The notes under the pieces were generated by a model. That model saw only the letters and a list, made by a program, of their open reading frames with translations. It was not told the origin of the DNA and ran no database searches. Of a DNA stretch of 64,000 nt, positions 50,186 through 62,290 are shown piece by piece. Numbering within the stretch: the stretch's first letter is position 1; each line of letters begins with the position of its first letter. The DNA comes from Hypanus sabinus (lineage: Eukaryota), in assembly GCF_030144855.1 (NCBI RefSeq), contig NC_082710.1:133052001-133116000 (forward strand). Reading direction: 5' to 3'. The position numbers and the translations under genes were made by a program.

Positions 50186-53100
50186 TTCGGTGATGCTTAT
50201 GCCTTTCTTTGTTTGCTTCCATCTATCATTCACCTGCCGCTATCTCCCATTTCTAACCCTGCTCCTCTCCCCTACCTGGTACAACGCACCTGTCACCTTA
50301 CACCCCTCCTGGGTTAACCAATCATCTCAGACTCCTTTCTCACCACTTCTCTTCTCTTCTCTATACTGGCTATCTCGCTACTCTGCATTCCTGATGCAGG
50401 ATTGTGATCTGAATCACCAGCAATTCCTTTCCTCCCTGCTCGACCCACCGAGTTCCTCCAGCAGCTTATTTGTTGCTCCAAATTTCAGCATCTGCCGTCT
50501 CCTGTGGCTCATCAGCTCTGCTCTAAAGTTTCATGATTTTATGAATTCTGGTGTGCAACTCACCATGCTTCTTACAAAGTAAAATTATTACTTTACAGAA
50601 AAAATTGAAAAAGGACTAAATATTCAGTCAGACCAGCTGCTAAGGAGAGCGGAGAAACAAGGTATTGTATTGCCCTCATAAAAAAATAAGTGAAGCTTTT
50701 CTAAACAAGTGCACCTTTGTATTGACTAGTTAAATAAAATGAGACAATTCAACCTACTGGCTGATTAAATGAGTACAGAATGAGATTAAGCAAATGCATT
50801 AAGTTAATCATTGATGGTTGGACCAGGGTTATTGCAGCTGTGGCATGTCCAATTGCTCCAAGTATCCCAATAATTTTTAAAAGTGCTCCTGCTTTTCTAA
50901 GAACTGGTCCGGTCAAATATTGCACACGCTGCAGATTTTCTTTGGTGATATCTCAAGACTAGTTAACTGCCAGCTACCTTTTCAGGAAGTGCAGCTACTA
51001 TAGTAAAGCTCCAAAAATCTGTGATCTATTGTTCAGATGGTTTGACATCTGCATCACTGGATGCTGTTTCCTGGGCTCTTTTTGAACACAGAGGGGCCCA
51101 GTTTCCTGCACCCCCTTTAGACACACCGAGGTCCAGTTCCCTGTCCTCCCTTTTAAACCAGCCTAGTTTACACAGAAGTTTATTGTACTGCCATGCAATA
51201 TCCAACAAAAAAGTGAATTAAAATGTGTTGAAGTATGAATAACAGCAATATCCAGTGATGCAGAAAGTCTGCAGGTCCATAGACACCAAATTACTGAGGG
51301 TATCAGATTACTGGAGTTTCACTCCACCAAAACTCTGCCGGTAGAAAGTCTTTTTTCGGTAATTGCAACCAACACACTTTGGATGTCACTCTTTCAGACA
51401 GAACCTAAAGCATAAAACTGTACAGCACAGGAACTGGTCTGTAGCCCATGATATGCTGAACTAATTAAGTGAGTAACTACCATAAACATTTCCACCTATG
51501 TCTGTGTTTCTGGTCATTGATGTGCCTGTCTCAGAGTCTCTTAAACAATTCTGTCCTTTTGTCTCCATCTTTTGCAATCCAGGCACCTACTACCTCTTGT
51601 AAAGTAATCTTATGCCATACAATTCTTATTAACTACCCTCGCTCATTAAATGCATGTCCCTCCTGCTTGCAGATAAGGTTCTATCAATGCTTTAGTAACT
51701 ATTGGTTTGATCTAAATGGATAAATGTTTGACATTGGACTTTAGCAAGACTTGCAAAGAAAACAGGGTCATGAGTTAGGACCTTGGTGATTGCATTTGGT
51801 GAGTAAAAATATCTGATGCTGCAGCATTCTGTTTTTGGACTTGAAATCTGGTTAGCTCATTTTTTCTAGGAAACTGCTGGTTTTACTCATTCTTTCTGCC
51901 TCCGTCAGCATGTGATGTAATTCTTTACAGCTGCTGTGCACACTGTTCCCATATTCCTGCACCATGAATCGTAGTGGCGAGGTATTCTGTTTAGCAATTT
52001 CTCAGCTTGTGGCATCTTTTGTGGGCAAGTGGTCACTGATATGTGGAGTCCATTTCAATGACATGGGGAATGTTGTGTCAGCAGTTGCTGAGTGCAGGTT
52101 AGTTCCATAATGGAACTTACTGCATGCCCGGTTGTACAGATGTACTACTGAGAGTAAGCCGGTAGACGAACTAACTTTCTAAACTAATAATATTCAGCAA
52201 GTTGCAGATGCTTCATCTGTGGCTGATTCAGCATGAGATGAGAAACTGCTGCGTACCTGGCCTTGCAGAAACATGGCTCCAGGACACCATCAATCTTCAG
52301 GCCATCCCTCAGAGGCACTTGCGCTAATATTGTTTCTGTGACAGTAGGCGTTATAGTAATGATATGTGCTGTCAGCTGTGTGTGGTTGTGTGTACTTGCA
52401 CCTTGGCCTCGGAGGAATGCTGTTTTGCTTTGCTGTATACATGTGTATGATTGAACGACAATTAAACCTGAACTTGAAATCTGAATGGAAGCAGAAATTG
52501 ATGTAAATGTTCAGCTGGTCAGGTAGCATCTGTGGAAGAGTTAAGGTTTCAAATCAGAAGAGGGTCCTTGGACATGAAACATTAATTCTCTTTCTCATTC
52601 CACAGACATTATCTCAATTTCTGAGAGCTTCCAGCACATTTCGTTTTGATTTCAAAACTTGATGACCCACTTTGTTTTGCTGTATCGAGAAGTTATATAT
52701 AGTGAAATGGCTTTCCTATGCAACATTCTTAAATCCTTTATCCTTTTATTCCAATGGTTTGCAAGCATTTAGCCAATCTTTTAGTTTTCCATTATGACAC
52801 TCTATGGGCAAGGATTCCAAACCAACAGTAGTGAGGGGGCAATCAAATGGCAATAAGACTGTGTGTGAGAGGTGATTTCCTGGGACTTTCTCAGACAGGG
52901 TAGTTGATGTGCTTGTGCTTTTGGTGTCATTCTGTACCTGTTGTAATAGTTCACTTATAAACAAATCCTGGGCCGTGGATTTCATTTACGAACACTGGAT
53001 TTCCATTCTCAGAGGTGTGTGGAGAATACAGTTCAGCATCATATTCTCCCAAAGTAATTAACTATGACAGTGGTGGGTGTGGGGATAGTGTAGGGCTATT

Positions 53101-53769
53101 TACAACTGAGGACAGTACAGCACAAAAACAGGCCATTTGGCTCACCATATCCACACTAAATACAACGCCAAATAAATTTAAATCTCCCTGAGTACTTGTG
53201 TGTTTTAACAACCTCTTGAATGCTGTTATCATATCTGCATTCAGCACTCACACTGCAGTCACCTGAGTTTCTTAGTGTAAAAGCTGGGGCCTGCACATCT
53301 CTTTTAAACTTTCTCCCTCTCTTAAATGTATGACTCCAGTACTTGACATTTCAACTTTGGGAAAGAGTTTCTAAGTGTCTACCTTATTTGTGCCTCTCAT
53401 AATCTTATAAACTTTTATTCGGTCTTCCCTCAGCTTCCAATGCTCCTGAGAAAACAACCCATTTTGTCTATGTACTCTCTTTACAGTTCATGCCCTCTCA
53501 TCCTGGTAAACCTCTTCTGCACACTCTTTAAATCCTCCATATCCTTCCTGTAATGAGGCACATAATAGTCCAAGTCATTTCTTGTTAACCTTAGGCTGCT
53601 GACATATACACAGTGATCTAAATTTGGCTTCTCTTCCCCACCCTTAGTATAACTTGTATAACTCTTTTGTTTTCCCACTTCAACCAAAGGTTCTTTGAAA
53701 TGTTAACTCTTTCTCTCCTCCTACATTTGTAGTTTACAGCATATTTTGTTTTTAATTCTGACTTCCAAC

Positions 53770-54130
53770 ATCCCCCTCTCCTCTTCTTCTATTCCCACTC
53801 TGGTCTCTTAACTCTTCTCGCCTGCCTATCACCTCCATCAAGTCCTCTTCTCTTTCCCGTTGTATGGGTTACTCTCCTCTCCTATCAGAATTTTTTCTCC
53901 CCAGCCCTCTCTTTCCTACCCACCCGTCCTCACCTTCTAGCTATCCTTCTTTCCCTCTCCCCACCTTTTTATTCTGGCATCTTCTCCCTTCCTTTCTAGT
54001 CCTGAAGAAGGGTCTCAGCCCAAACTGTCAACAGTTTATTAATTTCCATAGATGTTACCTGACCTACTGAATTCCTTCACCATTTTGTGTGTGTTGCTTT
54101 GCATTTCCAGCATCTGCAGACTTTCTCATA
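53770..54130 (+). mobile_element. Penelope-like UTR and pseudo-LTR
   Basis: Pyrimidine-rich UTR followed by AGTCCTGAAGAAGGGTCTCAGCCC. Confidence 0.7.
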
Positions 54131-54545
54131 TTTAGGATCAATTTAGGAAGCGTTGGACAGAAAAGCTCTTTTTTTTTACACAGGGCATAAGCAACTGAGA
54201 GGATTATCTTACAGGGATGTATAAAATAATGATGGTGAATGCATTCAGTCTTTTTTCCTGGGTTGGGGAATCAAGAACTAGAGGGCATAGGCTTAAGGTG
54301 AGAAGGGAAAGATTTAACAGGAACTTGTGGGGCGACTTTTCCCACACAGAAAGTGGCCTGTACATGAAAAGAACTATCAGAGGAAGTGGTTGAGGTACGT
54401 AGATACAAAGACAACTTTTAATAGATAGTTGGACAGTGACTTAGCTAGGAAAGGTTTCGAAGCATATGGGCCAAATGTGGCCAAAGGGACTAGCATGGAT
54501 GGGCATCATCCACTTAGACCAAAGGGCCGTTTTCTGTGCTGAATA

Positions 54546-56809
54546 TGTCACAACCACGGACTCTGCCACAGAGACTGGGTACTCTTGCAGGCGAGCAGCT
54601 GGACGAGGTTGGCAATCATGCTTTAGCCAATTAGGGTTTCATTCTGGTTGTATTTAACTCCCTTCCTTTTGCTTTGGTTTTGTCGAGTCTAGACTGGTAT
54701 GGCAATGGCAATGCTCACTGCTTTTCTGACTACCTGTTGAAGATTACAATTTACATTTATGCTGCTAAGGAGCACAATTTATTTAGTAGTTGGTAACTGC
54801 ATCCGAACCACAGTCATGGCTTTAGATTTTAGTTTGAGAGATTTTGTTAGAGGCCTTGCTGGCCTAGAGTTCATTAATTTCTCTTTGTTCTGTGTAGTTC
54901 TCAGTGAGCTTTTCATCCTGCAGATGTGACTCTTCCTCTAAACTTGGGCCATCACCAAGCACCGTGTCAGCAAGACTGGATCGCTAAAGTGGACCCAGCT
55001 GACCTTGGCCCTGAATTTCATTGGTCAGGAGGGAGAGGAGTTAAAATCAGTGGAGGCTGGGTTGGCAGAAATGGCCCTCGCAGTGCGAACACTACTCGCA
55101 GAGTGGCAAGCCCAGCCCAGACCAAAGTTCATGGGTCAGATGGAGGAGAAGTTGAAGTCTGGGTTCGCAGCACGACAGTTACTTTCAGAGTAGCAAGCCC
55201 GGTTTAAGCAGGAAGAACGGGTGTCAGTGCTTGCAGGAACTCACCACAGACAGCCACAATCAGCTGGCAGCTATTACCAATATCACTGCTGCTGTCGCTG
55301 TTCTGAAGCTCATTCCTGACAGCCACAATCAGGTGGCATCCCTTACTGTGCCTGCCGCCAGGGCATCCTTACTCCCAGCATCGGCGCACCCCACATCCTC
55401 CGATACTCTCATTCACCTCAGCCACTAATGCCCTGGCTCCTGTGGCAACGTCTCTATCAGAGCAGAGTATTCCTCCACCCCGGTGACTGTCGATAGCTGC
55501 AGGAATTTTATCACCCCGTGTGCGCTGACTTTTCAAGTTCAACCAGGTCAGTTTGGTGATGATGCATGTAAAAATTGGCTTACATGGTCAATCTCTTAGA
55601 CAGACTCCCACTCAGCCTCTTCAACACTCTACGAGAACAAGGTTACCGCGCAACCCCGCTTTTCCAGCGACTCGTAGTCAAGACATCAAACTGGCAGGAG
55701 GGAATATCGGCCTTGGTATTCTTGCTGTCACGATGGTGGGTAAGGGTGAAATTAAACTGGGTGAAGGAGGGAGCCCAACGAGCTCAATGGGAACTGAGTC
55801 TTTTGGTTTGCTGAACGTAGGAGAGGTTCTTGAGATCTGTGCATACTAGAAAGGGGAGCTCTGCCCTCTCTGGCCAGGGTCTTCCTGCATCCCGTGCCAC
55901 CTTGACAGGCAGAAGTTCTCAGTTCCCGACATCATGGTTACAAGGCAGGAGTCAAGCAATGGGAATGAAGAGCACAGGGGTGCAGCTGATAATCTACAGA
56001 AGGGGGCTGGCAGAATACAGCTCCAGTGCTGACGTCTGATGTATCAAACTCATGATGGGATGGGTCTGGATGTTGCAGCACTGAGGCAGTGCCGAAGTGT
56101 TGCTTCATTTCTGAGTGCTTGGTCTGCATCACGTAGGAACCTTGCAGAGGCGTCCTTGGTGAGTGCATTTATGGGTGCCGTACTGGAACTGAAGACATGC
56201 TGGACATGTTCCTGGTGAGAGTTGAAACCGATAAGAATATCATTCAAGTACATGAAAACAAACTGATTCAACCTTGTGTAGTCCAGACGAAGGTCCTTGG
56301 GTTCCAGCGGACACAGTTTTCTGGTGCCTCGGGAGCTGTGCTTAAGGAGGGCCTTGTTACAACCACAACCACTGCCACAGTGTCTGGGCGCCCTTGCAGA
56401 CGGGCAGGTGAACGGGGTCGGCAGTTACGCTTGTGAATATATACATTCCAGCCAACTTCATTGTGATGTGATTTAATTCCCTGCATTTCTTTTCAGTCCT
56501 GTCGAGTCTTGACTGAAGCAGAGCAATGACAACGCTTCCGGCTTATCTGTGTCCGCGATCGGAGAAAGAAGATTGCAAAGTAGATTGGTGCTGCTGTGGG
56601 GCTATATTTCTTTAGTGTTTAGCACTACTTCTCAGCCGCAGTGATGGCGTTTAGATTTGCTTTTGAGAGTTTTTGTTAGTGGCCTTGCTTGCCTAGTATT
56701 TATTATTTTCTCTTTGGTTCTGTACAGTCTGTAAAGTTCTCAGTGAACTTTTCATCTTGCGGTTGTTTGTCTCCCTCTGCTCTTGGATCGTCACCAAACA
56801 CTCTTGTCA
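54546..56809 (+). mobile_element. Deleted, rearranged sushi-like (chromovirus) Ty3/Gypsy element inserted in a CR1 tail
   Basis: LTRs at 54546-54969 and 56355-56809 (TG...CA), TSD GAATA/GAATG. Gag remnant on plus (CRNFITPCALTFQVQP), RT/RNase H remnant on minus (about 55600-56272), chromodomain scrap SPDEGPWVPA and PPT on plus. Confidence 0.82.
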
Positions 56810-56934
56810 GAATGACTCCATGAGATGGGGGACAGTTTTCAAAGTTCAAAGTGCATCGGTGTTACCATGTACAACGTGAAAATTAATTTTCTTGGGGACA
56901 TAATAAATTTATAATAGAATAATGTGTAGTAGTA

Positions 56935-57245
56935 GTATAGGCCTCTGTTAGTCTCGATAGACCATGGATTTGCACCTTGGAAAGTTTCCAGGTTGCAAGC
57001 CTGGGCAAGGTTTTTTTTTATGGAAGACCGGCAGTTGCCCAAGCTGCAAGTCTCCCCTCTCCACGCCCCCGAATTTGTCCAAGGGAAGGGCATTAGGACC
57101 CATACAGCTTCGCACTGGTGTCATCGCAGAGCAATGTGTGGTTAAGTGCCTTGCTCAAGGACACACACGCAAGCCTCAGCCAAGACTCGAACTAGTGACC
57201 TTCAGATAACTAGACAAACGCCTTAACCACTTGGCCACGTGCCAA
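56935..57245 (-). mobile_element. tRNA/CORE-like SINE nested in the Rex1 tail
   Basis: Reverse-complement homologue of 7018-7324. Confidence 0.8.
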
Positions 57246-58000
57246 CAGAACAGAATAATAACCATAATAGAATCGATCAAAGACTGTGCACCAACCTGGA
57301 TATTCAACCAGTGTGGAAAAAGTCAAGAAACTGCAAATACAAAAAGAAATAATTATAATAAGTAAATGAATATACAATAAATATTGAGAAAATGAGATGA
57401 AGAGTATTTGAAGTGAGTTCATAGGTTATGGGAACATTTCAGCGATGGAGCAAGTGAAGTTATCCCATTTGGTTCAAGAGCCTCATGGTTGAGGAGTGGT
57501 AACTGTTCTTGAACCTGGTGGTGTGTGTCCCAAGGTACCATCTTCCTGATGGCAGCAGTGAGAAGAGAGCATGGCCTGGGTTGCGGGGTTCCTGATGATG
57601 GATGCTGCTTTCCTGTGACAATGTAGATGTGCTCAATGGTGGGGAGGACTTTACCTGTGATGGATTGGGCCGTAGGAGTTTCTGTTCAAGGATGTTTGTG
57701 TTTCTATACCAGGTTGTGATGTAGCCAATATATTCTGCACTACACATCTATACAAGTTTGTCAAAGTTTTAGATGTCATGCCGAATCTTTGCAAACTCCT
57801 AGGAAAGTAGAGGCACTGCCATGTTTTCTTCATAAATTTGATTCAGCCTCTGTCAGTGGTGTTGTTAGCAGGCTTGAGTATGACATTGGAGCTGTGTTTA
57901 GCCACGTGGTCATAAGTGCAAAGTGAGTACAGCAGGGGCTAAGCACACAGCCTCATGGTGCCCCTGCTGATGGAGTTCATGGAGGAGATGTTGTAGCCAA

Positions 58001-58180
58001 TCTGAACTGACTTGGGTCTGTGAGTGAGGAAATCTAGGATCCAGTTATAAAAGCAGGTATTCTGAACTGACTGGGGTCTGTGAGTGAGGAAATCTAGGAT
58101 CCAGTTATAAGTGCAGGTATTCTGAACTGACTGGGGTCTGTGAGTGAGGAAATCTAGGATCCAGTTGCAAAAGGAGGTAT
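58001..58180. repeat. Tandem triplication of a 60-bp unit
   Basis: Units start at 58001, 58061 and 58121; [11 protein letters not shown] occurs three times. Confidence 0.95.
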
Positions 58181-59580
58181 TGACGCCAATATCTTGGAGC
58201 TTCTCGATTAGCTTTGAGGGGATGATGGCGTTCAATGCAGAGCTGTAGATGATATCGAGCAACCTGATGGATGCATCTTTGCTGTCTAGATGTTCCATGG
58301 TTGAGTGAAGAGCCAATGAGATAGCATCTGCTCTGGTAGGCAAATTGGGAGCCGACCCAAGTTGCTTCTCAGGCAGGAGTTGATATGTTTCATCACCAGC
58401 CTCTCAGAACACTTCGTCACTGTGGATGTAAGGGCTACTGGATGGTAGTCAATGAGGCAGGTTACCACCATCTTAAGCACCAGTGAAACTGAACTCTGCT
58501 TGAAGCAGGTGGGTACCTCAGACTGCCGAAGTGACGGGTTAAATATCTCTGTGAACACTCCTGCCGGCTGATCAGCACAGGTCTTCAGTACTCAGCCAGG
58601 TACCCCGTCTGGGCCGGATGCTTTTCTTGGGTTCACCCTCCTGAAGGCTGCTCACACGTCAGCCTGAGGCACTGAAATCACAGGATCATCAGGGCTGTGG
58701 GAATTCGTGATGGTTGCCATGGTTATAAGCTGTTACTGAAGCCGTCTGGTTGTTCAAGGCAGTTGAGGAAAAGGAAAGCAAACAAATACGTAGGAAGTCT
58801 GAAATTCAGGTCAAAGCTGAAGGGAATGTTTAGCAGACAAGGCCGTGCCAGTACAGAGAGAAAAACTGATCTAGTATTTCTAAACATATGTATGGGCACA
58901 ATGTGGTGCGATTTCATTTATAAATTGGGTTCAGATTGTTTATTTTGTGGTGCCATTATTTCAGTTTTTCAGCCATAGTGACATCAGGGCAGGATGGAAG
59001 ATGGGGAATTGGAGGTAGCTTTGATACAGTTGTACTTTGGATGAAACCCTCACCGGTAGTTCAGGAAAACGTTCCCTTGCTCTTCTAGCACCTCTCAGCT
59101 TCAGCAGCAGTTATTACCCTACAACCGTCAAATTCCTGAACGGACGTGAATAACCTCACTCACCACAAACCTGTGCTGATCCTACCATCTACCGTCTCAC
59201 TTGCATGGACTCCTGACAACTCATGTTCTCAGTACTATTTTTATTGGCACAGTTTGTCTTCCTTTACAGATTGGCGTTTGTCAGTCTGTCTGTTTATGCA
59301 AAGTTTTTTTGTAGAATTCTATTGTATTTTTTCCCTGCAAGTGCCTGCGAAAAACTGAATCTCAAGGTTGTATGTGGCATACTTGAGTAATCGTGTGTGT
59401 GTGTGTGTGTGTGTGTGTGTATTTGCTTGTTTGATTATTCTCGTTTGTTTCAATAATTCATTTTGGGTTATGTGGATAAATATGTGAATTGCATACATCA
59501 TCATGCTACCTCGTGATACGTGTGGAACCTCGCTTGAAGTAAACCCAAAGTTAGACTCACATTTCGGACTCGTGGGTCTC

Positions 59581-59794
59581 TAAGAACTGGAATTCAATTA
59601 TAAACAAGGTGGGAGAGCTGAAACCTGATTGGATGAGGACTAACCAGTCAGGAGGGATGGAATACAGGGGTATAAATACCACTGGATGATACATACCCCC
59701 GCATCATCCCTGAAGAAGATGACAAAATTTGTCATCAAAACGTTGGTTATAATTGAAACCTGTACCCAGCTGGAAGCGTGAGAAGAGTTCATTC
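59581..59794 (+). mobile_element. Pseudo-LTR of a second Penelope-like family with a hammerhead-like motif
   Basis: TATAAATA, then CTGAAGA-A-GATGACAAA-A-TTTGTCATC-AAAACGTT. It lies inside a probable solo LTR (about 59390-59832), itself inside a Rex1 tail. Confidence 0.6.
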
Positions 59795-60116
59795 TCTTTT
59801 GAATTAGTTTAATATTTTGAATTTACAAAACATTCCATATATTTACTTAGATAATACGTTTACTTTGAACTTATTTTTATTCATTCACAAGACGTGTATC
59901 GCTGGGTAGACCATATTTACCACCTATCTCTAAGTGTCCCTCAGCTGTGTGATTTTTCTGGGTAATTGTAGAAGGAGCTATAAGAAATAGTGGCCCCTTA
60001 CTGCTGCTTCACTTCAATAATATCACAGCGGATCCAAATTTGGCCTCAATTCATTTCTGCACCCATTCCCCAGAACTCACTTGTCCAAAAATCTGCCAAA
60101 CCGAGTCATCGATATA

Positions 60117-60624
60117 CATTCAGAAGGCCACTTTATTAGGTACACATACTCGTTGTTGCAATAGATAATTAGCTAACCATGTGGCAGCAACTGAATGCAT
60201 AAAAGCATGCAGACACGATCAGGAGGTTCAGTTGTTGTTCAGACCAACCATCAGAATGAGGAAGAAATGTAATCTAAGTGACTATGGAATGATGGCTGGT
60301 GCCGGATGAATTTGTCAGCTGATCTCCTGGGATTTTTGTACGCAACAGTTTACAGAGAATGGTGCAAAAAACAAAACAAAAAAAAAATCCATCTAGTGAA
60401 CAGCGTTTCTGTTGGTTAAAATGCCTTGTTGACGAGAGAGGGCAGAGGAGAATGGCCAGACTGGTGCAAGCTGACAGAAGGCGACTGTAACTCAAATAAC
60501 AATGCTTTATAACAGTGGTGTGCAGCAGAGTACCTGTGAACACACAACATGTTGAACCTTGAAGTGAAGTACTGCAGCAGAAGACCACACCAGTTCTCCT
60601 CATGTACCTAATAAAGTGGCCACT
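60117..60624 (+). mobile_element. Tc1-like deletion derivative
   Basis: TIR GGCCACTTTATTAGGTACA / TGTACCTAATAAAGTGGCC with transposase remnants (LVQADRR). A lone left TIR occurs at about 48780. Confidence 0.8.
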
Positions 60625-61477
60625 TCATTCTTGAACCTACTGCCTGGGAGTTTGTATGTAGGACACTGCAGGATCTGATAGCAACGTGCCAGTCATATTT
60701 GTTTCTGACAGAAATGAGTACAGTTCACAGTTATGAGTCCTGTTTGTGGTGATGTCAGTTGGCTGAAGGGCAGGTCACTGACTTCACTGCATAACAGGAA
60801 GATTTGCAGAGCTGCATGAGAGAATTAATAACATTGGTGTAAAAGCTTTCGGATATAAAACAGGTCAGGCCTTGTGTTGCTACCTACAGATTATGGATGT
60901 GTTCGCCTTCTGAACGGGATCAGAATCTGTTAGCAGTCCTTGATGTGCGGTTACTGCACTCTGTGCTGGAGGTGGTTTTTCCAAATCCCTTCCAAGATTA
61001 TAATTTTTCATAATAATGATGACATTTCAGCCTTTAAAAGGAATTATCTCAAAATATTTCTGGAGCTGAGCAGATACTCTGCTTTTTTTTGGGTTGAATT
61101 CTTGTTGCAGATTAACGTCATTTGTGTTAAATGTTATTTCAGATCTCTGCAGGGAAACAGCTTCCAACTCTTTGTCAGATTGCAGAGCAAATATTTTCTG
61201 CTTGTCCTACACAGTCAGGCTGTCTTTAACTAAATTAATTGTTGGTCACAGTGAGTTAGTAGTGTTTGCAATAACTGGCCGTTGTTGTTTGGACCATCCA
61301 CGTGACTGTGTTATGTACTCTTGGCTCCGTTACTTCAGTACAGTGAGTCATAACCATGGTTCATGTACTTTTTGGAGAACTGTAGCATGTTCTCTTTATG
61401 GTGCTGCAAATGTTTTAATTTAGAACGTCCTTCCCTGTGTGGTAGTAAACACACTATAGAAATCCACATGCCACAGT

Positions 61478-62290
61478 CATCTGGGACTCCCAGTTGCCAA
61501 CTCTTTTAATTCCCCTCCCCATTCCCACACTGACATGTGTGTCCTCAGTCTCCAGCACTGCCAGGGTGAGGCTAAACGCAAACTTGGGGAACAACGCCTC
61601 ATGTTCCACCAGGTTAGCCTACAGCCCAAAGACACGGACATTGAGTTCTCCAATTTCAGGTAACCTGCTCTCCTTCTGATCCTTGTTCCTCTCTCCTCCT
61701 GAAATACCTGGGTCTTCCTACGCACACCCCAGCCTCCACATCTCTTCTTCCTATTGATGCTGCCTGGCCTGCTGCGTTCCACCAGTATCTTGTGTGTGTT
61801 GCTCACCATCACCCTATTTCTTTCCCTTCCTCCACCACCACTCCAGCTGCCCATCATGCACTGACTCCTCCCACTGCATCCTCTCCTCCTACCGTTCCTG
61901 TATACCTCCCCACCCACCCCCCACCTTTGTTCCCATGCTCCACCTTGCTCTTCTATCAAGCTCCATTGTATTCAGCCCATTGTTGACTTCACCTATCACC
62001 TGCCAGACTCTGTCCCACCTGTATCCACTTTCCCCTCCATCGTCAGCCTGACACCTTTCACTGGCTACCTCTTGTTCCATTCCTTCCCTTCTTTCTACTG
62101 GCAACCTCCCATCTATCTTTCAGTCCAGGTGTAGGGTCTCAATCTGAGATGTTGACTGTCCATTTCCCTCCACCCAGGGCTTCCCACCCCTTTTTTTATG
62201 CTATGAGCCCTTACCATTAACCGAGGGATCCATGAACCTTAGGTTGTGAGGCCCTGTTCGGCACAAGTTGCCTGAGCTCTTCTAGTACCC
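61478..62290 (+). mobile_element. Penelope-like 3' fragment with a nested hAT MITE (62175-62256)
   Basis: LPVANSFNSPPHSHTDM...KRKLGEQRLMF...LQP...IEFSNFR*; pseudo-LTR stem CAGTC...GACTG at 62121-62158. Confidence 0.8.

Larger units (their letters stand above)
56838..58695 (-). mobile_element. Rex1/Babar LINE, RT region to 3' end, internally deleted
   Basis: [53 protein letters not shown]. Confidence 0.9.

Noticed and set aside
58001-58180. CRISPR-like array
   Set aside because: Contiguous tandem units without spacers, inside a eukaryotic LINE.
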